Assembly (NCBI GenBank): GCA_002269645.1
Contig: NIVC01000046.1
Location: 124,001-188,000 of the forward strand
Reading direction: 5' to 3'
DNA length: 64,000 nucleotides
Origin: Macrostomum lignano
Lineage: Eukaryota
This document shows, in pieces, positions 13,309-26,679 of the stretch; within the stretch, counting starts at the first letter, position 1, and every line of letters begins with the position of its first letter. The notes below the pieces were generated by a model. It was not told the DNA's origin. It saw only the letters and a program-made list of their open reading frames with translations, and did no database searches. The translations under genes and the position numbers were made by a program.

Positions 13309-13559
13309 CCAGTCTTTGTGACGGCGGTGAAGGTGCTGGCTGCTGCGTGGGTGACAGAGCGGAACGATTTGATCAGCGAGTCGGAGTCCAGGCCCGGCAG
13401 ACCCCGACGATCGATGATTACGGCGTCGTGCTGGCCGGAGATGTACATCTCCATGGCAGTCTCCGGGCTGAAGGCGGAGTCGCACGGCAGGGCCAGTTTC
13501 TCCGCCGCCTTCACGAAGCAGAGGCTGAGGGAGTCCTCGCGAGGGAACACCAGGAGGAC
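13309..13559 (-). CDS. PDE8: PDE8 REC-domain exon: VLLVFPREDSLSLCF...AVTKT
   Basis: cccag/gtgagg; matches PDE8 VLLIFAKEDSQSDGF...[21 protein letters not shown]. Confidence 0.92.
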
Positions 13560-13594
13560 CTGGGAGAGTGCGGTTGATGTTACGGAAATGATGA

Positions 13595-13850
13595 GGGGTC
13601 ACTTGACCTCCCGTGTTCCTGTAGCATGTTTACTAGAAGAGGGGTCGCTTGACCTCCACTGCGTTCCTGTAACATGTTTACTAGAAGAGGGGTCGCTTGA
13701 CCTCCCGTGTTCCTGTAACATGTTTACTAGAAGAGGGGTCGCTTGACCTCCCGTGTTCCTGTAGCATGTTTACTAGAAGAGGGGTCACTTGACCTCCACT
13801 GAATTCCTGCAGCATATTCATTAGAAGAGGGGTCACTTGACCTCCCCAGT
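13595..13850. repeat. 46/48-bp minisatellite, 6 copies
   Basis: ttgacc at 13603, 13649, 13697, 13743, 13789, 13837. Confidence 0.92.
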
Positions 13851-14223
13851 ATTGTCTTCCCTGTAGCAAAATAGAGACCGGTCATTTTACCCCCCCCCCC
13901 AAGGAACAACAGAAAGTCATAGAAGACCCGCATACAACCTATGCAAGCCTGAGGCTGACTGGGGGTCACAGGACCTCCGCAGAGGATATCAAGTTATATC
14001 AAACAGATATTCGATTATAACTATCCGGCAGCTTAAAGTACAAATTCTTTACTACCTCTTGAAGTCCCTTCCTCCCAGGGCAGAGAGGGGAAAAGTCTGA
14101 AATTTCTATAAGCGGATCCGAAGCTGAAAGACAGAATTCGGAGCCAAGAAAAAACCCCGAGCCAATAAGCAGATTTCTCTCACCTAGAATTCGGCGATTT
14201 TCAGACTGAACTTTTTTACGCAG

Positions 14224-14710
<487 letters not shown>

Positions 14711-15069
14711 ATGGCTCAGTTTGCACTTTATAATTGACTGCAGCGGTGGGTGCTAACTGGGGCGAAGACACGGACGCTGCATGGGGTGAGAGGAAAAAAA
14801 TGAATAATTGGAGAATGCTTGGAGAATTGTCCATCAACGATGAAGATAAAACTTCTTCACCCCCTTGTGGCCAGTAGTTCCATTCGGACACACCCGAAAC
14901 AGCTCTCTGTCTGTCCAGGCCTGTCCGATAGGCATCTGCAGTACCCAACGGTAGATTGGATGTGGTGGCTCTGCTAGCTTAGGACTAAATCAACCCAACA
15001 TACCTGCGGGGTGCGCACGACTCTGAATTTTTTCTTTAGTTGTTTTTTAAATAGGGTGAGACACACAAA

Positions 15070-15500
15070 TAGGCACAAACAGGCAGAAACAGACAGAAAC
15101 AGGCAGAAACAGACAGAAACAGACAGAAACAGGCAGAAACAGACAGAAACAGACAGAAACAGGCAGAAACAGGCAGAAACAGGCAGAAACAGACAGAAAC
15201 AGGCAGAAACAGGCAGAAACAGGCAGAAACAGGCAGAAACAGACAGAAACAGGCACAAACAGGCAAAAACAGGCAGAAACAGGCAGAAACAGGCAGAAAC
15301 AGAAACAGACAAAAACAGACAGAAACAGACAGAAACAGGCAGAAACAGACAGAAACAGACAGAAACAGACAGAAACAGGCAGAAACAGACAGAAACAGGC
15401 AGAAACAGGCAGAAACAGACAGAAACAGACAGAAACAGGCAGAAACAGGCAGAAACAGACAGAAACAGACAGAAACAGACGAAACAGGTGGCAAAAACAG
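15070..15500. repeat. 10-bp minisatellite (GACAGAAACA/GGCAGAAACA)
   Basis: Direct inspection. Confidence 0.95.
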
Positions 15501-15625
15501 ACAGAAGCAGAAGGGGACAAGTAAAACAACTAGTTCCTCTGACTCAATAAATGCAGGCTACCAATCTAACAGAACCCAAAACTACCGATATGTATTGTAG
15601 AAAACAATTTTCCATTTCAACTTAC

Positions 15626-15673
15626 CGACATGACATCGTCCTCAGGCAGCATGCCGTTGATGTTGGGCAGAAA
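15626..15673 (-). CDS. PDE8: PDE8 exon: FLPNINGMLPEDDVMS
   Basis: ttccag/gtaagt; 16 codons, phase 0/0, leads into the REC exon. Confidence 0.75.
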
Positions 15674-15811
15674 CTGGAATTATAAATCGATTGTAAAATG
15701 AAAGTTTCGTTTAACAGTTGATCAGAATTATTACAGGCAGGTCGAAAAATGCCCAATTCTCAAGATTCCGGAACAACAAGTACATGTAGGTTACACGCTA
15801 GGCCTCCAACC

Positions 15812-16173
15812 GGGAGTGTCGTAGCCTAGTGGTATAGTGTGGCGCTCTGATGTGCCAGCGACCCAGGCTCGATTCCAAGTGCAGTCATATTGATTTTGGG
15901 GCTGAATTGGAATCTCGGCTTAGCTCTGCTCGTGCAATTAACGGCCTTGAGGGCCAACCCCCAAGGCACAGTGAAGTGTACATGTCTAGTGATAATGAAG
16001 TTAGGAAGCGCTGTACACTCCTGTGTGAGTGTGTGCCTGTGCGTATGACTGCGCGCTTGTGTGCCTGCTCAGGGGAGTCGGTGGAAGGGCAGCAATGCCT
16101 CTCGCCGGTTGTGTGCCTATGTCGCTTAAAGTGCGCCATGGTGCACACAACCCCTCTGCCTCTCTAATAAAAA
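15812..16173 (+). mobile_element. tRNA-derived SINE (family A), full length
   Basis: A box tagcctagtgg, B box ggctcgattcc, aataaaaaa tail, 12-bp TSD aggcctccaacc at 15800-15811 and 16174-16185. Confidence 0.88.
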
Positions 16174-16184
16174 AGGCCTCCAAC

Positions 16185-16323
16185 CTGATCAGTAGAGAAT
16201 GCCAACTCCTCGTGTTGCAGAATCTGCTGCTGCTGCTGCTGCTGCTTCAAAAGCAGCGAGTCGCGACTACTGCGCCGACTACCATTAAAGTTGGACATCG
16301 ACATCTCACTGTCTTGTCTCAAA
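16185..16323 (-). CDS. PDE8: Candidate alternative N-terminal PDE8 exon (LRQDSEMSMS...QQQQQQQ...STDQ)
   Basis: Open frame, phase 2/0, cag/gttgga; composition resembles the 22322-22444 exon. Confidence 0.55.
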
Positions 16324-17544
16324 CTGATCAATGTACTCGTATTTGAGCAGTTTTAAGAGCCTTCGCTTATAAAATGCTTATATAGTAGTAAAAACAATAA
16401 TAATACTTCAAAAAAGAGCAGTCAAGCCAAGAAGAGGGCGATAAACACTTAACTGTTTCAGTTTAATAATAATAGCTGCTAGCTAAATAACTGCTCAACC
16501 CAACCCTACTCAGCGGTCTCACCTGCATGGTTAGCCAACAAGATGGATGGAGGGACACAGCAAGGAATGCACTTGGGTGCTAGCCAGCCAACTATTCAAG
16601 ACTGAGACTTCTTCTCTCTGAGACTTGGCAACTTGGCAGGGGCAAGTATAGAACAAAAAAATTTTTTTTGGCTACTGTACCTGACGCACACCAATACTAA
16701 ACTCAACTATATCCAATCTGAATATATGCTCGCCTAGCCCAGCCACCCGCCCGCCCGCCGATCGAAAACCTCTAAATACAGCCCATTTTTCCTGCGTGCA
16801 ATTGTGAAGAAAAATGCTCAATGCCGGGCAGAAGTGACAGAGAGGGGGAGAGGGAGAGAGAATGAAGGTAGAGAGAGACAGGTGCACACAGCAGAGCTAA
16901 AAGCAATATTCCACTGTGCTCAAGCCAGTCAGCATCCCCCCCCCCCCAAAAAAGAATACAATAGACAAGGATCCGCGAGACGGGATTATGCTCTGAGCAT
17001 TAATTGAGCTCTGTCCCATCTAAGACGCACTGCGTGATGCAAGTCACTGGGATAGGAAGTGGAACTGGGGACCATGGGCAGAAGGGGAAAAGGAGAGTTT
17101 GAAAGAAAATGTGGATCTTTTTAGTCGGTCAAATGCCTCAACTTTATTATACGGACTCTAAGGGCAAGGAGTTCTAGAACCGGAATATGGAGTAGAACTA
17201 TAATCACATCGTATTCTTGAGAATGGGACTTGCGGTGTGGATTAAGCGGAGTATAGAGTATCTATGTGAAAAAATCTGGGAGAGGGAGAGAGAGACAGCC
17301 AAGAGAAAAGGCAAAACCTCTACTTGAATATTACGAGCTATATGCATATAGTAACTATAACCATGCATAACTATTATAATTATAGCTAATACCGGTACGA
17401 GTAAAGAAGGGAAGTTCGCTGACACCAGGCTTAGACTTGAGCTTATACGCAGCAGCATGCGTGATTAATATATAGTATATCCTGAGGCTGTATGCATGCT
17501 CGGAGATGAAACCTTCCGCCTCCGCGTACATCAGGGGGTGGGGG

Positions 17545-18105
17545 TTGCAGACGGCCCTCAAAAGGGGGGGGGTCTTTTGAAACTTAACAATGGCAATCTA
17601 AAGCTGATTGTGTCTATTCTTAGCTCTCCTCTCTCTCTCTTCTCTCTTCTACTCTTTTGATTCTGTAATCTTTTATCTCTTCTCTTCTCTCATCTCATAT
17701 CTCTTCTCTCATCGCTTTTCTCTCACGTCCTCTCTCTTCTCTACTCTTTTGCCTCTTTTAATCTTCTATCTTCTCTCTTCTCTCTTCTCTTATATTCTCT
17801 CTACTCTCATATCCTCTCTCTACCCTCATCTCCTCTCTACTCTCATCTCCTCTCTCTACTCTCGTCTTCTCTCTACTTTCATCTCCTTTCTCTACTCTCA
17901 TCTTTTCTCTCTACCCCAATCTCCTCTCTCTACTCTCATCTCTCTTCTCTCTCTTCTCTCATCTCCTCTCTCATCCTTTATCTTCTCTCTCTTTTGTCTC
18001 TTTCCTCTTCTCTCACATTATTCCCTCTCCACTCCTCTCTCATCTGACCCGCAGTAAATTAAATTATATTTTTATCTAGCCCTTGAGGGAACAAGGCTTG
18101 CTCAA
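17545..18105. mobile_element. hAT/Charlie-like element with CT-rich interior
   Basis: gaaacttaacaatggcaat ... CT tract ... gacccgcag ... cccttgagg motifs shared with the 9990 and 60700 copies. Confidence 0.5.
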
Positions 18106-18615
18106 CTGAGGATCTGGTAGGCTGGCCCACCAACTGAGGATCTGGGAGGCTGGCCCAGTAACTGAGGATCTGGGAGGCTGGCCCAGCAACTGAGGATCTG
18201 GGAGACTGGCCCAGCAACTGAGGATCTGGGAGGCTGGCCCAGTAACTGAGGATCTGGGAGGCTGGCCCAGCAACTGAGGATCTGGGAGGCTGGCCCACTA
18301 ACTGAGGATCTGGGAGGCTGGCCCAGCAACTGAGGATCTGGGAGACTGGCCCAGCAACTGAGGATCTGGGAGACTGGCCTAGCAACTGAGGATCTGGGAG
18401 GCTGGCCTGTCAACTGAGGATCTGAGAGGCTGGCCCACTAACTGAGGATCTGGGAGGGTGGCCCAGCAACTGAGGATCTGAGAGGCTGGCCCACTAACTG
18501 AGGATCTGGGAGGCTGGCCCACTAACTGAGGATCTGAAAGGCTGGCCCAGCAACTGACACTCTGAGAGGCTGGCCCGACAGCTGAAGATCTGGAAGGGTG
18601 GCCCAGCAACTGAGG
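18100..18615. repeat. 28-bp minisatellite (aactgaggatctgggaggctggcccagc)
   Basis: Direct inspection. Confidence 0.95.
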
Positions 18616-19964
18616 TTTTAAGTGTAACTACACTAAAGCCACTTAAAACCTAAAGTTAGAGCAGTTCCTAATGAGACAAGTAGATAAGGTGAGGTGAGAA
18701 TTACTAACAGCCATGCACAACGGTGATAACACAGCCACCCAGAGCCAGATGAAACATGGACCTATTGCCTGAAACTTAAGCAGTGTGTGTGTGTTACAGA
18801 CCTGCAACAAATGAATGCAGCTTAAGAGGAATGAAAAACGGCGAGAGACACACACAGATGCATGAGATAACACAACTCAGAACAATACGGGCAGGCAGAC
18901 AGGCAAGCGCTACTTATGCTTTAAAAATTTGTCTGACGTCAATACTCTCTGCCATCTGGCGCCATCGCTTGCGTGTCATACGGACTTAAGCCACTGGCTT
19001 CATCAATATAACATTCCAATCTGATGCTGTATTATATTTGAGAAAATAGCATTTCGTATTATCGAGCTGAAAATACTGCGTATAAAAATTTTCATTTTGG
19101 ACTCGAACTTATCTATAGATCTCAGAGCCGGGTCTGAGAGCAATCCCTCTCCCTCCTATTGATTCGCTGCTGATGCTGGGACTCCTGATCAGATTCTTAA
19201 TCAGAAGCAGGGATATACTAAAGCTAAATTCCAATTATTTTATGCTGCAGACTCGTAATTTTATTTATCCTTCCTAGTTCGAGAGACTGGAGATAGAAAA
19301 TGAGAGATGGGATGTGGGGGATATGTGAGAGATGAGAGATGAAGATAAAGAGAAAAAAGATGACAGGTGACAGATGGGAGATGAGAGTTTAGAGATAAGA
19401 GATGAGAGAGAAAATGAGATTAGAGACGAGAGACGGGGGTGCGAGAGATGAAAGTTAGGAGATAAGAGATGAGAGTTAAGAGATAAGAGATACGAGAAAA
19501 GAGATTAGAGATGAGAAATGAGAAATAGGAGATGGGAGACAGAAAGCTATAGGATATGGGAGGATTAATCGGAGAAGAGGAAATGGATGAGGGGAGAGAG
19601 AAGGCGCAGCAGCGCGGCATATCGTGAGTGAAACAGCAGACAAGGCCACCCAAGTGCTATGCGCCGACCGACCCGCAGCTACGTAAGCGTCATGCATATT
19701 CGCGTATAAATTAAGATGCACGAGAGAAACATTAATTGAAGGGTTTGGGAGGATTCGAGATGCGTTGCTAAGGGAAGGGAGAGAGAGAGAGAGAGAAGCG
19801 AAATGCAGTTTTACTCAGTCAGCCAATCTAGTTGGACTCGCAAAATTCTATATTTATTTATACATAATATAAAGCTAAAAAGCATATGATTATATATGTA
19901 TTGGAAATATTATGAGCATAGCTTGCGCCATTATTTTACTAATATTTCTTCTATGGGGGCCATA

Positions 19965-20490
19965 TGGGGGACTAGATGGGGGCCAGGCCAGTGTCAGAGT
20001 GACTAGATCGGGGCCAAGCCAGTGTCGGAGTGACTAGATGGGGGCCAAGCCAGTGTCAGATGACTAGATCAGTCAGGCCAGTGTCAGAGTGACTAGATGG
20101 AGGCCAAGCCAGTGTCAGAGTGACTAGATGGGGGCCAGGCCAGTGTCAGAGTGACTAGATCAGTCAGGCCAGTGTCTGAGTGACTAGATCAGTCAGGCCA
20201 GTGTCAGAGTGACTAGATCAGTCAAGCCAGTGTCAGGGTGACTAGATGGAGGCCAGGCCAGTTTCAGAGTGACTAGATCAGTCAGGCCAGTGTCAGAGTG
20301 ACTAGATGGAGGCCAGGCCAGTTTCAGAGTGACTAGATCAGTCAGGCCAGTGTCAGAGTGACTAGATCAGTCAGGACAGTGTCAGAGTGACTAGATCAGT
20401 CAAGCCAGTGTCAGGGTGACTAGATGGAGGCCAGGCCAGTTTCAGAGTGACTAGATCAGTCAGGCCAGTGTCAGAGTGACTAGATGACTA
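19965..20490. repeat. ~29-bp minisatellite (gtgactagatcagtcaggccagtgtcaga), block 1
   Basis: Direct inspection. Confidence 0.95.
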
Positions 20491-20554
20491 GCTCGTATAC
20501 TCATTTTTATTTTGTTCACTAAACTCTTGAGTTTTTAACTCTAATAGGATTAAT

Positions 20555-20824
<270 letters not shown>

Positions 20825-21449
20825 TTGATCTCGGCGGTGCAAATATGTATATGTACTTTAGTTCAGCTGGCAGCTGGAAACTCCAGCATCTCTAATCTGC
20901 ATCCCCGCACTGCACCGAATGCAGTGCAGCAAGCCGAGCACAAGGTTGAAGCAAATCCTACTTACTTGCCACTTTCCAGTGGGGCCAACACTGCCAACAT
21001 CATCTACAAGAATTTCAAGTTACTCCTCATCTCAACCAGCCTCCTTCACGAGTGATGAGGACTGGTGATTGCTGCAGAGTGCTGAGGCAAGTGAGCTGCT
21101 GAGAAAAGCCACGTGTGAGTAGAGACAGAGCACTGAGTGCAACTAGGCTGTTAATAAATACGCTCGTACCATGCACAGGCACACCCTTGGGCAATAATAT
21201 CATAGCTGGGAGAATTTGGCCAGTTGGGAAGGAAGGGTTCAGGGCTAGATGTTAATGAGAATTTTTTATATGTTCCCAGATCAGTTCCTTCTTATTTCTA
21301 TCATAGCCCTTAACACCCAGGATAAGGGAGTAGAAATTGTGGAATTACGAACTCTAGTTGCTTTGCACGTTCATGGTTTTAATGTAAGAAAGACTAGTCT
21401 AAGTCATTAAACCATGAAAGAGCATACCATGCATAGGCCTGACTTATGA

Positions 21450-22258
21450 TAGATCAGTCAGGCCAGTGTCAGACTCAGAGTGACTAGATGGGGGCCAGGC
21501 CAGTGTCAGAGTGACTAGATCGGGGCCAAGCCAGTGTCGGAGTGACTAGATGGGGGCCAAGCCAGTGTCAGATGACTAGATCAGTCAGGCCAGTGTCAGA
21601 GTGACTAGATGGGGGCCAAGCCAGTGTCAGAGTGACTAGATGGGGGCCAGGCCAGTGTCAGAGTGACTAGATCAGTCAGGCCAGTGTCTGAGTGACTAGA
21701 TCAGTCAGGCCAGTGTCAGAGTGACTAGATCAGTCAAGCCAGTGTCAGGGTGACTAGATGGAGGCCAGGCCAGTTTCAGAGTGACTAGATCAGTCAGGCC
21801 AGTGTCAGAGTGACTAGATGGAGGCCAGGCCAGTTTCAGAGTGACTAGATCAGTCAGGCCAGTGTCAGAGTGACTAGATCAGTCAGGACAGTGTCAGAGT
21901 GACTAGATCAGTCAAGCCAGTGTCAGGGTGACTAGATGGAGGCCAGGCCAGTTTCAGAGTGACTAGATCAGTCAGGCCAGTGTCAGAGTGACTAGATGGA
22001 GGCCGGGTTAGTGTCAGAGTGACTAGATGGGGGCCAGGCCAGTGTCGGAGTGACTAGAAGATCAGTCAGGCCAGTGTCAGGGTGACTAGATCAGTCAGGC
22101 CAGTGTCAGGGTGACTAGATCAGTCAGGCCAGTGTCAGGGTGACTAGATCAGTCAGGCCAGTGTCAGGGTGACTAGATCAGTCAGGCCAGTGTCAGGGTG
22201 ACTAGATCAGTCAGGCCAGTGTCAGGGTGACTAGATCAGTCAGGCCAGTGTCAGAGTG
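21450..22258. repeat. ~29-bp minisatellite, block 2 (same family as 19965-20490)
   Basis: Same variant order as block 1. Confidence 0.95.
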
Positions 22259-22321
22259 ATCTACCTACATGTAGGTAGCCACACACGTAAATCTTCAAGG
22301 ATACTGGCTCATGCAGCTCAC

Positions 22322-22444
22322 CTGTGCGTCGGCAGCAAGGTCGGTGAAGTTATGCTGCTGCTGCTGAAGTCGATCAATGCCAGTGAAATCGGCACCCCCA
22401 AGTGCAGTGGAACCGCGCCTCTCGGTGCTGGATGTGCAGCCCAT
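22322..22444 (-). CDS. PDE8: PDE8 first coding exon: MGCTSSTERRGS...AADAQ
   Basis: ATG with an MGCxxS myristoylation/palmitoylation motif, as in PDE8A/B (MGCAPS); gtgagc donor, phase 0 compatible with the 15673 acceptor. Confidence 0.8.
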
Positions 22445-24281
22445 GTGGCTTTTAATTAGCTGAGCCAAGCTGATATGGTAATAAATATATATCCACTATC
22501 GTAGCAGTAGCACTCGTTTCAGTTTTATTAGGGCTGGGCTCAAATAAAACAAAGATTATGTAGATTAGATTAGATTGCACACAATGGCAGCACTAATCCG
22601 GTAAATATTGAATGACTGGGGTTAAAGGGGTGTGGCGGGCAATAAAATCGAGGGAGTTTGGAGGACTTGATCAAGGTAAGCAATAAAATAGCAAGCTATA
22701 AAAAGCCTTCCTAATAGCGGCTTCCCTAATTTAAAATTATTTAATCAGATTCCAAGGCCATTGCGTGTGCTCGGGTGCTCGTTCTCGATCAAAACCAGTT
22801 GTTGGGCCTTGCCCTTACTACGGGGCGGGACTCGACAACAAGTAAATAATTTAGTATATTGTCATAAGCGAAAATAAGACAATACAGACAGTTAAAAAAA
22901 CTAGCTATTTTGCAAACTAGCTCAAGGCTCAAGTTGTCAAGTTAGTTGTGTTATACTCGTTTAGTATCTGGTCCGAAAACGTACTTGATTTTTTCTCTTC
23001 TCGCCTAATAACTCCTAGACTAACTTACTTTGTTGTTGAAGGTAGTACAATTTAGTTCAACGTGCGTGCTAGCAGCAATAAGCTGGTAGGAACGGTATGG
23101 GAACAGATGAACAGCGCCCAGCCCACACACCGTTCACCACAGGGCCAACAGCAATGTCGCGTGCATTAAACTAAATGGGGTGGTGGCCCCCCGCTGACTT
23201 CCAAACGGGCTTTTTGGCACGCGAGAGAGAGATATTGGGGTGGGGAGAGTGTCGGGGGTTTGGACGCGAAGGAGTGAACTCGGCGGCGACGTGTTGGCCC
23301 CCAGTGGGGTGGTGGGGTGAGAGGGCAAAGCGGGAGGAGTAGGTCGTTGCCAATGTACGCAACTGGCTGGATGAACTAAAAATAGCCGCCCGCTCACCCT
23401 TCTTGGCGGGGGTTGTGGGCGGGTCAGGAGTAGAGGTTGATTTCGGGACCGCACGTTAGTTTTCCGTAGGGGGGTTAGATCTGGGCCGCTGTTCATTATT
23501 AACTGGCAATCTTCTCCAAAAACCCGACCCGACCCCACCCGTGACAGTTCTCCTTCTCCGTTTGCTTAAACCAAACTTGCGCTTCCCTAAAGCCCGGGGA
23601 AAACTCGGCTGCACTCTGTATAAAAACTCTATCTGTTATAAGCTTTGGCAAAAGGATTTTTTTAAAATTGAGTGTGTTGGCCGCCAAGATAAGCGAGCGT
23701 CTGTCTGGGGTAGAGGGAGGGAGGGGGGGCTGTCATGGCATAATGGGAGTTGAGGCGGTCGGGACTTATCGGAGGAAGAAAGCGCAATTGCTTGGCTGTC
23801 TGTCTTTGATTTTCGTCTGCTCTGATTTTCGTTTGATCGCCTGGCCTGGCATGGGGGTGGCCGGATGGGATATTATTATTAGCCTACTATTCGACCGTAG
23901 CACGAGTTGGCAATTATTTGTAGTAGGCAGTAGCAGGAGCTTTAAAATTGTTTATTAGTAATAGGCGAGACATTAAGGCAAGCTGTATTCAGAGGCCCCG
24001 TTTCCCACGGTTCTTTTGATAAAGAAAATGACAAAAACAATACGGCCAGAAATATCTGTTTGGTGGGGTGATTCGATGAGAGGAGAGCATGGCCTCCAGG
24101 CGAGTTGTCAAAGTCCAGGACTGGCACACAAAAGTTTATTAAAGATTTTTATCAGGGTTTTTTATTTTCATGCAAATGCTCTATCATTTATGAGCAATTT
24201 TCAAGAAATGTCCGCTAAATGTCTTCATTTTGAATTATCGTTTTAATCAAAGGTTGAGAACTGGAAAAATTATACAGTTAG

Positions 24282-25218
24282 GTTGGCGCCTCTGTCCCTG
24301 AAGGTTGGCGCCTCTGTCCCTGATGGTTGATGGCGCCTCTTTCCCTGAAGATTGATGGCGCGTTTGTCCCTGAAGGTTGATGGCGCCTCTGTTCCTGAAG
24401 GTTGATGGCGCCTCTGTCCCTGATGGTTGATGGCGCCTCCGTCCCTGAAGGTTGATGGCGCGCCTCTGTCTCTGATGGTTTATGGCGCCCCTGTCCCTGA
24501 AGGTTGGCGCCTCTGTCCCTGAAGGTTGGCGCCTCTGTCCCCGAATGTTGGCGCCTCTGTCCCTGATGGTTGATGGCGCGCCTCTGTCCCTGATGGTTGA
24601 TGGCGCCTCTGTCTCTGAAGGTTGGCGCCTCTGTCCCTGATGGTTGATGTCGCCTCTGTCCCTGAAGGTTGGCGCCTCTGTCCCCGAATGTTGGCGCCTC
24701 TGTCCCTGATGGTTGATGGCGCCTCTGTCTCTGAAGGTTGGCGCCTCTGTCCCTGATGGTTGATGGCGCCTCTGTCCCTGAAGGTTGGCGCCTCTGTCCC
24801 CGAATGTTGGCGCCTCTGTCCCTGATGGTTGATGGCGCGCCTCTGTCCCTGATGGTTGATGGCGCCTCTGTCCCTGATGGTTGATGGCGCCTCTGTCCCT
24901 GATGGTTTATGGCGCCCCTGTCCCTGAAGGTTGGCGCCTCTGTCCCTGAAGGTTGGCGCCTCTGTCCCCGAATGTTGGCGCCTCTGTCCCTGATGGTTGA
25001 TGGCGCGCCTCTGTCCCTGATGGTTGATGGCGCCTCTGTTCCTGATGGTTAATGGCGCCTCTGTCCCTGAAGGTTGATGGCGCGCCTCTGTCCCTGATGG
25101 TTGATGGCGCCTCTGTTCCTGATGGTTAATGGCGCCTCTGTTCCTGATGGTTGATGGCGCCTCTGTCCCTGATGGTTGATGGCGCCTCTGTCCCTGAAGG
25201 TTGGCGCCTCTGTCCCCG
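24282..25218. repeat. ~21-25-bp minisatellite (ggcgcctctgtccctgatggttgat)
   Basis: Direct inspection. Confidence 0.95.
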
Positions 25219-26148
25219 AAAAGAAGAGACACGTGGTAAGTTACAGCACATGTGCGCTTATGTACATGCATGTTAGCAAAAAAAATCTAACTAATAAGAT
25301 GCGAGCTAGAACTACATGTACAGTACATGTATGTACACCCTGTGTACCTCTGGAACAACTGGTAAAATCCTACACTACGTAATCTGATCCGTTAGTTTTT
25401 CTTTTAAAAGAATTAGAACTGCTGGTTAAAGTACACTGTATTAATCGCTATCGCAATCTTCAAAAGTCTGCAAACGGCCTCCTACAGTCGATTAGACACG
25501 CAGTACTAGTCGTATAGGCAGTTACTCTGCACAAAAAAGTACGTACCGCGCGAATGAAGGCGCGGTTTGATGACGTCAAATGCCCCCTAGCTTCTACCCC
25601 CTCCCCCTGTGGGCCTGGCAGCATCTGCAGACTGCAAAGATATAGAGACGGAGGCCCTCAGACAGACAGTGCAAAAGCAGGCGTAAAATATATAGGAGGA
25701 GAGCAAAGAAATTGGAGGGGCTTTAAGGCCACACAGTAACATTGTACTTAGGGCCGCCCAATTGATATGCAATTATTTATAGTTTCTGACTGATCTGGAT
25801 AGCCTACTGTGAGTAGAAATAATGACATTTTACGATCGAAATTTAATATATTTCGATATATTTTTGAAATATAATGATAAAAATACAATGAGACTGTAGG
25901 CAAATTGAAATAAAATGCGTCTTGTCAAGCCATCAAACCTCTTCTTCAATTCATTAATAACAAATTAAGCCGATAGGTAAGCCTCCTAGATGGGTTTGGT
26001 TAGAAATACTGGTTGATCTATGAAATATTCTGTTGGTTTTGTTGACTTTTAATTAACGCAGCGATGCGAAAAGAAGCGCTTGCCTAAGTGGCGCATTGTC
26101 AGGCTCAGCAGTATGACACAGGAAAATCTCGCATTTTTCACACCTTAG

Positions 26149-26216
26149 ATTATAATCCATCATTTAAAAAAACAGCTGAAAAAGCTTCTACAAGCGCAAC
26201 GGATTTGCTTAAGTGA
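26149..26216 (+). pseudogene. Displaced next exon of the WSC gene (inferred)
   Basis: Polypyrimidine-ag acceptor at 26147-26148 directly follows the duplicated intron segment; phase 1 matches the 28289 donor. Confidence 0.4.
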
Positions 26217-26679
26217 CAAATATATTTTTCGAATGGGAAGGGTGATTTTAATTGATGCAGATAGTAGGGACCATTAAAAAAGATTGCACATGGTCTGTTG
26301 TTTTGTCTGCCAGATCCACCAAAACTAAAAATGGGCTCTCTATATAGAGGGAGTTGAATGCAGCAACCATGCACTAAACGGCAATGTAGTTATGGCTCCT
26401 TAGCCACGCAACGCTCATTCTTGTGGACTGTACCATGGCGTTGCCAACAAATTTTCCACTTCAACTTTTTCGAATATCCTGCACCCGTCAATTTTTATAG
26501 CTGCATATTAACAAGATCTAAGAGCTTATTATTATTATCTAGCTATCTTAAAACCTCCGTATAGTGCATACACAATTGTGTTTATGCGTCTTTGCACAAA
26601 TCAGATTAAGGACAAAATTAAGGTTTACCGTCTGGTCTGTCCATATTCGCAGATTAAGTCACTAATTAATTCAGATATT

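Noticed and set aside
14855-14935. Possible PDE8 cassette exon MPIGQAWTDRELFRVCPNGTTGHKG (minus)
   Set aside because: Weak donor, no recognisable homology, and not needed for the reading frame.
20855-21070. Plus-strand open frame ending SFTSDEDW*
   Set aside because: No upstream exons or homology found.
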